Both the position numbers and the translations under genes were made by a program. DNA of 58,097 bases, counting the filler, from Squatina squatina (taxonomy: Eukaryota): assembly GCA_031763465.1 (NCBI GenBank). It is 3 parts of 2 records of this genome, joined end to end, with 100 filler letters (N's around TTAATTAATTAA, not from the genome) between each part and the next. Parts side by side here need not be neighbours in the genome. Positions count along the whole stretch, not along the records: positions 13,019 to 29,550 come from JARFOE010000222.1; 2 more parts are not named here. The stretch is one strand, 5' to 3'. Shown piece after piece: positions 13,133 through 23,803 of this stretch (the stretch's first letter is position 1; the number at the start of each line of letters is the position of its first letter). A model generated the notes under the pieces. It saw only the letters and a program-made list of their open reading frames with translations, ran no database searches and was not told the DNA's origin.

Positions 13133-14231
13133 TTTCAATTTTAGTGTATAGGGTTAAATGTTAAGAATTGTAATACATAGTCCCAGATCAGAACCAATTG
13201 TTTTAAAATTTGAATCCATTGGGTTTAAATTAATCGCAATTACAAGGCACATCCATGGGCCAGTGTGTTATGTAAGAATGGAAAGTGTGGAACAAGCACA
13301 CAACATTTAATGCTCCTTTGTCCCTTCCTCAACGTTTGCTCTTTAAGACCTCTAAATATTCATCCATTTCAATGCTTGCAGACACGCTGAGATGATAAAG
13401 GGCAAATGCATTCTTTCACACGGTGTCCAATTCTTAACAACATTTCAGAGGCAATTCTTTTCTCCCCAGACTTCAGTGAGTATTTACCACACAGCACACA
13501 AGATAATTTAAGATGTATTTTCCCCCACAATTCTGAGCACTTGTCCTTGCATTAAAATTCCCTTTCATTGGGGTCCTGCCTGTATTGTTCCTGGTTTCAC
13601 CATTGTAGCTCAGCTGTGGTATGGGTTCTATTGCTGGCTGCTTCCCGGCACATGTTGTTTCCGTGGCAACACTTCAGTGGCAGATGCAAGAAGCCCAGTA
13701 ATGCACCTGAGCCTGAGGAGCACAAGATTGCTCCAACACAGTCACGTGAAGGGTGGGCCATGTAGGAAATAAGGGTGGGTATTCGTAAAGAAAAAAGGAC
13801 ATGTTTATTTCTAACAATTCTGCATTTTTAACCGAATACTACAACTACTGGAAAATAAATTAAATACTAACACTTTCCGTATGTGCTGGTATGATGATAA
13901 TGAAACGCACTTGTTGCCTTCCCCAAGGACAAACATCACCTGTTTAAATTAGAACAAGTATCTGTTGCTATCGCAGTGTAACAACAGGCTGGGGAAAAGC
14001 CTTGTAACTAGGATTAATTAAACCCAATAGATTCAAATTTCAAAACAACTGGTTCTCATATTGTACCTAACTCTCTACACTTGAATTCACTTTTAACTGT
14101 TTTATTTTTAGAAGTAAGCNNNNNNNNNNNNNNNNNNNNNNNNNNNNNNNNNNNNNNNNNNNNNNNNNNNNNNNNNNNNNNNNNNNNNNNNNNNNNNNNN
14201 NNNNNNNNNNNNNNNNNNNGCCCCCCACCCC

Positions 14232-14541
14232 ATGATCGTGTTGATGAAGTTATGGAGAGGGTTGATGAGGGTAGTGCGGTTGATGTTGTGTATGTGGACT
14301 TTCAAAAGGCATTTCATAAAGTACTACATAATAGAGTTGTTAGCAAAATTGAAATCCACGGGATTAAAGGGGCAGTGACAGCGTAGATACAAAATTGGTT
14401 AAGAGACAGAAAGCAGAGAGTAGTACTGAACAGTTGATTTTCAGACTGGAGGGAAGCATAAAGTGCTATGCAGTGGTCTTCCCCAGGGATCACTCTTTTG
14501 GGAGCTATTAGGATCACTCTTCTTTTTGATATATATTAATG
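14232..14541 (+). mobile_element. CR1 LINE RT fragment
   Basis: DEVMERVDEGSAVDVVYVDFQKAFHKVLHNRVVSKIEIHGIKG...IQNWLRDRKQRVV; degenerate. Confidence 0.9.
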
Positions 14542-14544
14542 ACC

Positions 14545-15010
14545 ACCACTTGACCCCACCACTGTCTCTGATTTGTCACAATAGTTGTCCGATATCCAGT
14601 ACTGAATGAGCAGAAATTTTCATCAATTGAATATTGGGAATACCGAAGCCATTGTTTTCGGTCCCCACCACAAACTCCATTCCCTAGCCACCGATTTCAT
14701 CCTTTTCCCTGGCAAATTTCTGAGGCTGAACCAGACCATTCGCAACCTTGGTGTTATATTTGACCTCGAGATGAGCTTCTGACCACATATCTGCTCCACA
14801 AACCAGACCACTACTTCCACCTCCGTAACATCACCCAACTTTGCCTCCTTCGTCAGCTCATCTGCTACTGAAACCCTCATCCATACTTTATTACCTCTAG
14901 ACTTGACTATTCCAACACATTTCTGGACAGCCTCCCATCTTCCTCCCTGCATGAACTTGAGCCCAATCAAAATTTAGCTGCCCGTATCCTAACTTGCACC
15001 AAGTCCCATT
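14545..15010 (+). mobile_element. L2-clade LINE ORF2 fragment
   Basis: QLNIGNTEAIVFGPHHKL...NLGVIFD.EMSF.PHI...TLIHTL.TSRLDYSN motifs; homologous to the copies at about 29.9 kb and 38 kb. Confidence 0.85.
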
Positions 15011-15019
15011 GAACCCCAC

Positions 15020-15444
15020 TCAGGACACATGGGCTGCTGCCAGTAGTGACAAGCTGTTGCTGCCTGCGCCCCTTAAAGGGGAGGACTGGAGCGCCGGCGA
15101 TGACGTCAATGCGCTGGCAATCTTGTCAGCCGACAATCTTGAATTGTCAGCTGACTCTGTGGTCGGCTGACTGATGGCGAGCCGCGTTGCGACCGGGCCA
15201 CCATTCCCTTGCCCGGCAAGCTTACTGGCCTGCCGAGCTGGTGGCCTGGTCAACGATCTCCAGTGGCAGGCCGCGGGGAATCACTGCAGCAGCCGGCGGC
15301 TCTCCCCTTTAAGGGAGGGGACGGGGCCGGCGATGATGTCAATGGGCTGCGACGCTGACGTGGCTCGCTCACCTTGGCAGCGTGACGCTGACGTTATCAG
15401 CGCCATGTTGCCGACGCACCCAGCCCCATGCCAGCCGAGCACTT
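15020..15444. mobile_element. GC-rich internal part of a non-autonomous DNA transposon with an internal direct repeat
   Basis: CCCCTTAAAGGGGAG..GCCGGCGATGACGTCAATGCGCTG at about 15070-15116 recurs at about 15304-15349; related motif at about 34218-34260. Confidence 0.55.
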
Positions 15445-15788
15445 NNNNNNNNNNNNNNNNNNNNNNNNNNNNNNNNNNNNNNNNNNNNNNNNNNNNNNNN
15501 NNNNNNNNNNNNNNNNNNNNNNNNNNNNNNNNNNNNNNNNNNNNTGTCCAGGAACCGCTGCAGAAAGTGCAAGGATAAATGTTGGATGAGGACAGACCAA
15601 GGCTGTGACACACAAATATCAAGACCCACACATGAATAATGGTGACTTGGGTGAAGTATCAGATGTCAACCTTGAAACCACGCCCAGCAAATAATCAGTG
15701 CCTTCAGGAGAAGGGAGAGGAGGAAAGACTTGCAACATGACCAAAGGCCCAGCAATTAAAGAGTCAAATTGATAAACTTCTTACATAC

Positions 15789-15902
15789 CTCATAATAACT
15801 TTGAATTGCATTCCAAAATGCTTCATCTGCAATAATCTGTGTTTCACCATTCAAGAAGGCCTGAAATCGTTCTTTAACCGTCTGGAGCTGTTGTTTGTTC
15901 AG
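15789..15902 (-). CDS. CADPS2: Calcium-dependent secretion activator 2, coding exon 2 (114 nt, phase 0/0)
   Basis: ttttgcag|[38 protein letters not shown]|gtatgt; splices in frame to exon 1. LNKQQLQ and synteny favour CADPS2 over CADPS. Confidence 0.93.
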
Positions 15903-16096
15903 CTGCAAAAAGGGAAGAGAAACTTCATAACATTGCTCTGTCAATTGTTGGCAAAAATATTTTAGATAAAAATGATGCTGAATTATTAAAAAAAACTTCT
16001 TTTAAAAAGGTGTAACTTTTTCTAATCGTACTTTGACGTACAAATTGCTGATGTAATAATTCGGATGCGCCTAGCCACACAAACCATGAAATATTC

Positions 16097-16443
16097 TGGG
16101 CCTGAAATTGCGATCGGAGGCTTCCTGTGTGCGGTTGCCTCTTATTGCAATTTCGTTTATGTACTTACCTAAGAGTCCTGGATCCACGGGAGTATGCGAT
16201 ATCCAGTAGTGATACCGAATTGGAGATTCGGAGCGGGGCTCTAGATTCCCAGGCAAGTCGATCTAAGAGGCTGGAGAGGTCACTAGTGAGGCCCCAGCCA
16301 ATCAGGGAGGTGTATCTTTTATTAAAGTTTTGACAGTTCTCAGCGATCTGTCAAGACTTCAACAAAAGATGAAAAAGAACACAGACACATCACAAAACAT
16401 TTTTAAAACTATTCTAACATTAAAATTTAATAAAAAGGAGATA
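16097..16443. mobile_element. Non-autonomous DNA transposon (Harbinger-like MITE) left part
   Basis: Starts CTGGGCCTGAAATTGCGATC, identical to the start of the element at 40660. Confidence 0.6.
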
Positions 16444-18306
16444 ANNNNNNNNNNNNNNNNNNNNNNNNNNNNNNNNNNNNNNNNNNNNNNNNNNNNNNNN
16501 NNNNNNNNNNNNNNNNNNNNNNNNNNNNNNNNNNNNNNNNNNNNAGGACCACCAATTGCCTGGAAACAAGTTTAACCTAAAATAGATCACAGTAAATCTT
16601 TCTGCTTATGGAGGCCTGGTCTAAAGAGAGGATGCAGAAAAAAAGAGACAAAAATAGAATGTACGCAATTACTGAAGGTCCAGTTAACGAGAAGTGGCCT
16701 GTTGCTGAATTGTACTTGTCCCAATGCAAGCAATGGTGGCCAGAAGGTTGAATCAAATTGAGATGTCAAGAGGACACATGAAAAAAGGCACGAGTCAAAG
16801 AAGAAATGAAGCCATGTGGAAGACAGTACAGTTAGATTAGTATCAGCTGCTCTTCACCAGTTTAATGGAAAACAACTCCAATCTAATCCCACAAGCTAGC
16901 CTGCAGACAGCAGTATTTAGAACAAGTAGGCAGCAATTTGATATAGGCCCCATTTGGGACACAGCTGAAAATTTCCATCATTCAGATGACCAGGAACATG
17001 AAAGGGAAAAGCAGGATCTCAAACTCAAACTGACTGGGTCATTACCTCACTTAAAAGGTCCCAGTTGTTTAATCCAAAGAATTTAATCATATATTTCAGT
17101 GAAGTAATTCCCCAGTTACAGGAAATCAATAAATTGTGATTTGAAGTCAGAGAACACAANNNNNNNNNNNNNNNNNNNNNNNNNNNNNNNNNNNNNNNNN
17201 NNNNNNNNNNNNNNNNNNNNNNNNNNNNNNNNNNNNNNNNNNNNNNNNNNNNNNNNNNNAGATGCCAAGTTTTGGTGACATTTCCTTTCAATTACAATAA
17301 TTATAGTTTCATACAGAGCATCCAGTAAACGAACGCCTCTTTCACACACTCTGGGCAACAGGGCAGGCACCCCTTCTCACCAAGAGTTATGCCAAAACCC
17401 TATAATTCTGTGACAGCATAAAGAGAGGCACTCACTCCTCTGTTGATAATGCCCATGTACAACTCCGTCTCACACTCTAGGGCAGTGAGGCATTAATCAA
17501 GTACCTCAGAATTCTGAAACAAATGCTCTGTAAAAGTCAATCTACAGAACATTAATTAGATACACTGTGGGAACTAAGCACTATCCAGTTGTTGAGGACT
17601 GCTGCAGGCAACATTCCGTTCCTGAAATGTCGCCTGAAGCAGTGTGGATTGCAATCTGTAACAGACAAAGAACAACGGGAACCAAAAGCAACATCAGACC
17701 AGCAGTTAATCTTTCCAACACTAAAGGTCCTGGCATTGAAGGGAAGGAAAAATATCTATCATTAAGATGCGCTCTTTACAGGGCTAAAGTTACCAGCCAG
17801 CCCTGCCTGGAGTTAAAAATCAACCGTTACACTGAATCCATGTCCGGACAGTATAATCACCACTAACAACCAACTTTATGGGGAAAATACTATGGGGGTG
17901 CAATTGGCACCTCCAAGGTAAACATGATTTTTGGTGTTGCAAGGTGACGATATCGNNNNNNNNNNNNNNNNNNNNNNNNNNNNNNNNNNNNNNNNNNNNN
18001 NNNNNNNNNNNNNNNNNNNNNNNNNNNNNNNNNNNNNNNNNNNNNNNNNNNNNNNGAGTAAACAGAGGACAAGGTAATTGGCAACAGAACCAACGAGGAG
18101 ATGTGGGGGGGAGGGGGAAGAAAATCACAGTGAATTATGATTGTAAATGCACTGCCTGAATGGGGAATGGAATTAGTTTCTCTAGGTCTACTATCAAAAT
18201 CCCTCAATTGTGAACATCTGCATTAAATCCCTCCATAACCTTCTCTGCTCTAAAGGAGAACAGCCCCAACTTCTCTAATCTCTCCACCAGAAGTAGCTTT
18301 TTGTGT

Positions 18307-18522
18307 TAAACACAGCAAGTTGTTGTTATCTGGAATGCACTGCCTGAAAGCATAGGAGCAGATTCGATAGCAACTGTCAAAAGGGAATTGGGTAAGTACT
18401 TGAAGGGGGAAAAATGCAGGGCAATGGGGAAAGGCAGTGGGACCACCTGGATGGGTCTTCTAAAGAGCCGGCACAGGCAGGATTGGTGGAATGACCGCCT
18501 TCTGTGCTGTGTCATTCTATGA
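18307..18522 (+). mobile_element. CR1 LINE 3' end
   Basis: IWNALPESIGADSIATVKRELGKYLKG followed by the CR1 3' UTR AAGAGCCGGCACAGGC..GAATGACC.CCTTCTGTGCTGT..TTCTATGA. Confidence 0.88.
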
Positions 18523-18784
18523 TGTCCTCAGATAAGACAGCACAAGTATATTAATCCAAGTAATGATGTATATTAAACCTGCAAACACAAGGCTAGACAA
18601 TAATAAGCACGGGGAACTGTGGCAAAACTACAACTAACTTTTTAAACAAATCTCCAAGTGTGCTGAACAGACTTTCCATTGATCTGGCTGGAGCACCTGT
18701 TACTCTCTGGATCCAGCAGGAAGCGTTTGACTGCACGCTTGCTCGAGGAGGTGGAGCTCGCCTGTGCCCAGGGCGCTCACTCAC

Positions 18785-19141
18785 CTTCTGTTGCCTCCTG
18801 GCCATATCGGTGGGCTGCTTCGCATTGAAAGGGTAAGCGATGCACCGCAGCAGGAACACGTAGAGCTGCAGCGCCTTCCTCTTCTTGGCGTCCTCCTCCT
18901 CCCGCTGGATCCTCTCCTGCTCTTCCCTCTCCTTCTCGCTGGCCACCGACGGGCTGGGGCTGACCGAGCGAGCGCTGCCCGCCCTGCCCAGCTCTCGCCC
19001 CTCGCTGCCCCGGCTGACGGGCAGGGAGCGGGCGCTGGCGCTGCTGCTGCCGCCGCTCCCTCCGCCCAGCGGCGGCTCCCTGCCCGGCTCTCCTTCCAGC
19101 AAGTCGTCCGATTCCTCTTCGCTGGAGGACGGGTCCAACAT
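18785..19141 (-). CDS. CADPS2: Calcium-dependent secretion activator 2, coding exon 1 (119 codons)
   Basis: ATG at 19141; [12 protein letters not shown]...[29 protein letters not shown]|gtgagt is the CAPS-family N-terminus; GC/CpG-rich as expected for a first exon. Confidence 0.95.
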
Positions 19142-19612
19142 CGCCCCCGAGAAAGAGAAAGAGAGAGTGGGAGAAAGGTTCAGTGAGCCAGCAGGGCTGG
19201 GAGCTGAGAAGGTGCAGGAGGTGACACCAGGTGAGCTGAGATCTTTAGGGGGACCTCACATCAGCTTGTGGGCACGTCCGACTATCCACTCCCAACACAC
19301 AACAGTCTTTCTCTCTCTCTCCACCTCCTTCCTAATAAAGTGGAGCCCAAGATAGGGCGGAGTTGGTGCTCCGAGACTTCAGGACGATTTGCTTTTGCAC
19401 AGACCTATCACAGATGAAGCTGTCCAGCCCAGCCCAGCAGGAAGCACAGTCACAGGTACCCAACCTGTAGCTTGGCAAGCGTGTAACACGTGGAACTCGG
19501 CGCCAGCACACTNNNNNNNNNNNNNNNNNNNNNNNNNNNNNNNNNNNNNNNNNNNNNNNNNNNNNNNNNNNNNNNNNNNNNNNNNNNNNNNNNNNNNNNN
19601 NNNNNNNNNNNN

Positions 19613-20302
19613 CACCCCTCTGCAACCCCACCACGCATGGCCAGCATTCATATAATGACAGGCATGTTGCCACGAGGAATCTCATGACGTAGTCCATCAG
19701 GGTGCTCAAGCAATCGTTCCACTGCCTTAATCGCTCCGGAGGAGCTTTCCAGTATTCACCGGAGCAGATGTCCCAATCCGCTGTGGTCTGCTGCATCCTC
19801 CACAACTTGGCTATCATGAAGGCGCTGCCCTTGCCACCTCAGCAGCAGAAGGAGGAGGTGGAAGAAGAGAGGAGGCAGCCTGCAAATCCTCATGCTGGGC
19901 GGACTGTCCGTGAGCACATCATCAGGCTCCGTTTCCCCTGAACGAAACCCCAGAACCTGTTGCTCAACACTTCTATCTTACTATCTCTCTGTCATAGAAC
20001 ATCACAGCATCCTCTTGGGCACAATGCTGAAATGAAGCCATCACAAAACAAACATTCCAAACATAATTTATAAATGAATAATTCTGGTCTAACATTACAA
20101 AGTCAACTAATCACCCTTGTGTATTCCCTAAGTGTCTGTCTTTCGTGTTCCTTTGCCTACTCCAGTGCTTCTGCACAGTGCTACCGGAGTGGCTGCAGCA
20201 TGGCTGGTGGAAGGCTGCTGACTTTCTGTGGGGATACTGCAGATGGCCTTGCAGGATAACCTCGAACAGCACTGGGCTTAGAAGGCCTGGCTGTCGACTG
20301 CA
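19613..20302 (+). mobile_element. PIF/Harbinger transposon fossil, transposase C-terminus and downstream region
   Basis: YNDRHVATRNLM.*SIRVLKQSFHCLNRSGGAFQYSPEQMSQSAVVCCILHNLAI matches the HARBI1-type DDE C-terminus; internal stop codon. Confidence 0.85.
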
Positions 20303-20402
20303 NNNNNNNNNNNNNNNNNNNNNNNNNNNNNNNNNNNNNNNNNNNNNNNNNNNNNNNNNNNNNNNNNNNNNNNNNNNNNNNNNNNNNNNNNNNNNNNNNN
20401 NN

Positions 20403-20470
20403 GACTCGCGCAGCAGGCTCGAAGGACCGAATGGCCTACTCCTGCTCCTAATTTCTATGTTTCTATGTTT
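20403..20470 (+). mobile_element. CR1 3' tail
   Basis: AGGCTCGAAGGACCGAATGGCCTACTCCTGCTCCTAATTTCTATGTTTCTATG terminal motif. Confidence 0.8.
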
Positions 20471-20474
20471 AAGT

Positions 20475-21020
20475 TAGTCAAACATGATTTGCCTTTAACA
20501 AATCCCTGCCAAGTTTCATTTATTGGCCCATACTTTTCCACATGACAATTATTATTGTCTCTAAAAGTGTCCCCACCACCGACGTTAGGCCAACTGGCCT
20601 GTCATTGCCAGTTTTATCCCTCTCCCCTTTTTAAAGCACGAGTGTAACATTAGCAATCCTCCAGTCCTCTAGTACCACACCCATATATAAGGAGGATTGG
20701 AAGATTGTGACCAGAGCCTCCACAATATCTACCCTTACTTCTCATCAGGACCAGATGAATTTTCTACTTTCTGGACTGCCAACCTTTTAAGTACATCCTC
20801 TTTATCTATTTTTCTCCTATCCAATATTGCTACTGCCTCCTTTACTACTACATTGGCAGCATCCTCTTCTCTAGTGAACGTAGATGCAAAGTACTCATTT
20901 AGTACCTCAGCCATGCCCTCAGCCTCCACAAGAAGATCTCCTTTTTGGTCCTTAATCAGCACCACCCTTCCATTGACTACCCTTTTACTACTTATATGTT
21001 TTGGGTTCCCTTTTATATTA
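20475..21020 (-). mobile_element. CR1 LINE ORF2 fragment
   Basis: NIKGNPK...IKDQKGDLLVEAEGMAEVLNEYFASTFTREED...SSGPDE, continuing to PEDWRIANVT; internally deleted. Confidence 0.9.
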
Positions 21021-21561
21021 GACACCGATATCCTTAACTGCAATAGAAGGGGAATCATAGAGTAATGTCACCATCTCCAGAGTTGATTCATAACCCCTGC
21101 AAGGATCCATAATGGAATGATTATGAATGATTTAAAATGGAGTTACTAAATGATTATACCAGGATAAAAGCAGTCAATCAATGAGGTTGCAGTTCTAAGA
21201 TATTATTAAGCTTAAAGAGCTGACAGTCATAAAATTAGCCTCAGTAATATAACTGCATGAGACAATGTGGATGTGCATCTAACATAACAGATGTTCATGT
21301 GCCTGGCATTTGTCAGGGAAGCAAAAACAAGGAGAAAATGGCGACAATTTCAGGAAATTTAAGAAATAANNNNNNNNNNNNNNNNNNNNNNNNNNNNNNN
21401 NNNNNNNNNNNNNNNNNNNNNNNNNNNNNNNNNNNNNNNNNNNNNNNNNNNNNNNNNNNNNNNNNNNNNTTATTATCTAAATTATGTACCTTCATCAGTG
21501 CTGAGCTAAATAATATTTCTAGAAAATATTATTCTAGAAAATGCTGACATCACAGTCTTAC

Positions 21562-21699
21562 CATATCCATGACAGTGAGATGGCCATATCCATATACAAT
21601 AGCATTTGGAGGATTGGACACGAGCAACAGGAATGCAAATGAAGTGCAAAGATTTAAAGGAATCAATAGATAAAGTGGGTTTACATGAATGGCCTCAGC
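21562..21699 (-). CDS. SLC13A1: Na+/sulfate cotransporter NaS1, penultimate coding exon (138 nt)
   Basis: ttcttgcag|AEAIHVNPLYLLIPLNLCTSFAFLLLVSNPPNAIVYGYGHLTVMDM|gtaaga; AEAIHVNPLY fits SLC13A1 rather than SLC13A4. Confidence 0.92.
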
Positions 21700-22232
21700 C
21701 TGCAAGAAAAAACAGAAAGATATGGAGTATTTTGTCATAGCTAAAAAGTAACAGCAATGTTAAGGATTGTACGAATCAACAGCAAATTAAACAGGTCGAA
21801 TCTGTCATTAAGCTGTAAATGATTGCACAGTTAATGATGAAATCAGGACACTCCTGCAACTAACTGTAAGTAAGAGTTTTCTGTGAAGGCTATTAGTCAA
21901 CAGCCCATTCTCAGAAGCACCTGTTAATTACATTATTCCAAGGGCGTATATAACAAAAACTTGGGGCAATAAATGATCCAGAAAGTTCTCTTGCACTGCC
22001 CAGGAGTGGTGAGCTAAACTGGCAGCCTAGTCACTGCAATAATTGAACTGTTTTAGGTTCATTTCCAATATCCAAACTTCAAATTTGACCATTTCATGAT
22101 CAGCATCTTATTTTAATAAAAAAGCTTGCCTGCATAATCTTGGTGTCTATGTCCAGCAGTAATATTTCCCACTTACCTGTTTCTGGGTATCAATCATATG
22201 GTGACTGCAGTTGGAAATACTTCAGTACTCAC

Positions 22233-22358
22233 CAAGGGAGCTAGAATTGGAAGAAAGATTGTTATAGTAGCTGGGTTGCTGGCAACCTCTGTGACACTTG
22301 TAACAATTAAACAGGACACCAGTACGATGACCCATACCCATAAAGATAGCCCAGATTC
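22233..22358 (-). CDS. SLC13A1: Na+/sulfate cotransporter NaS1 exon (126 nt; apparently 36 nt shorter than orthologues)
   Basis: cacccccag|ESGLSLWVWVIVLVSCLIVTSVTEVASNPATITIFLPILAPL|gtgagt; in frame with the next exon on the same contig (533-nt intron). Confidence 0.9.
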
Positions 22359-22607
22359 CTGGGGGTGAAAAAACAAGCGAGTGCACGTTGTATTAAGCTT
22401 GATCAGGAATGGAATAGCTTGTACACAATAAATTGCAGTACTTTGGGCTCTTCTGTAAAAGGTAGACACCCGTTGAGAAAAATAAATAGGTGTTAATAGA
22501 AGATAGGNNNNNNNNNNNNNNNNNNNNNNNNNNNNNNNNNNNNNNNNNNNNNNNNNNNNNNNNNNNNNNNNNNNNNNNNNNNNNNNNNNNNNNNNNNNNN
22601 NNNNNNN

Positions 22608-22725
22608 GGTCCAAGGGAGTTGTTGGCTTTTAATCCCATTAGTTTCTCAAGTAAATTTTTTCTACTAATCTTAATTACTTTAAATTCCTCACTCTCATTA
22701 GCCATTTGATTCCCCACTATTTGGA
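22608..22725 (-). mobile_element. CR1 LINE ORF2 fragment
   Basis: IVGNQMANESEEFKVIKISRKNLLEKLMGLKANNSLG. Confidence 0.8.
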
Positions 22726-22729
22726 GCCT

Positions 22730-22818
22730 ACAGTTGCCAACCCTCCAGGATTGGCCTGGAGTTTCCCAGAATTGAGGATTGATCGCTCGGGCATGGCTGT
22801 GAGTAACCTGAGAGAATA
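22730..22818. repeat. Short interspersed repeat beginning GTTGCCAACCCTCCAGGATTGGCCTGGAG (probable DNA-transposon terminus)
   Basis: Similar degenerate copies at about 2080-2168 and 31215-31330. Confidence 0.5.
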
Positions 22819-23565
22819 TAAGGAAATACAGCTGATGGGCAGCGGCAGTACACTAACGAGAACAGGTGCTGCTTTGATGGGTGGGCGCTGTGGTCAGTCC
22901 TCAGTAGCGCTGATTCAATACCAGTGTGCGAGTGTGCAAATGATCCAGTGTAATAGGAATTTAGCATTAGCAGGCGAGTAGATGGTGATGGATGAGGAGT
23001 AGGAGACTTATCAACTGTGGAGGATCCGTAAAACAATCAGGCAGAGAAATCAGATCTTGGACCTAAACCCAATACTGCTTCAAATCCTGAAAAGCCATCC
23101 ATTTCAGAAAATTGCCACCACATCAGCCCAATAGATATGTCCTACTTATTTAAACACGTGCTTTTGTACAATGGAGCCACGTTCAAAAAATGGGCTTTCT
23201 TTTAATTCATTCCATACATGACACATCTCAGCACAGTAATATAGGAAAGGATTAAACAAAGGCAAAGAAAAGAGTGTCAAAACATGGCCTTTAACTAACA
23301 GATCCGAAAACCAGCCACGACCCGCTGAAACGGCCAGCTTGCAAACCAGAGATTCCAAATATATAGCCCTTAATGTAATGAAAATTTAAATGATTTTGAA
23401 TCCAAGTCAATTTACTATTTTGTTTTGAAGACCTATAAGAATTTTGCAAGGATTGGTAGGAATTAACCATTTTCCCATTTCTCCTATCCATCACCAAATC
23501 AACAATTGCATTTGTTAAAAATAAACAGGGTCACGCGACTGATTTGTTCACTGTCACTAATTTAC

Positions 23566-23803
23566 CTGAAATTCAGAAATGGTGATGGTCCAGGCTTGGG
23601 CTGCCTTGTTAGCTGCAATAAATGTTGCACCATAAAGCCTACTGGTTCCTACCAACTGACAGTGGAAGGAATACTCCTGTGGTGCTGAGATACTGGACAC
23701 ATTAAACACTGCGAGATTTAGCTCGTCCTGCACAATTTCAACAAAATCCAAAGTGAACCACTTTCGAGCTGATCCAGTGTAGAAGTTGTTCCTCATTCGA
23801 AAC
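23566..23803 (-). CDS. ATP6AP1 (V-ATPase accessory subunit Ac45)-family protein, luminal-domain exon (238 nt, phase 2/0)
   Basis: ccttcaaag|g FRMRNNFYTGSARKWFTLDFVEIV..AVFNVSSISAPQEYSFHCQLVG..WTITISEFQ|gtaaat. Aligns with recalled ATP6AP1 [47 protein letters not shown]. Confidence 0.88.

Noticed and set aside
18764-19355. Plus-strand ORFs of 140-156 aa overlapping CADPS2 exon 1
   Set aside because: Antisense shadows of a GC-rich coding exon; no recognisable protein.
19702-19941. Possible domesticated HARBI1 gene
   Set aside because: Upstream in-frame stop and eroded motifs indicate a dead transposon copy.
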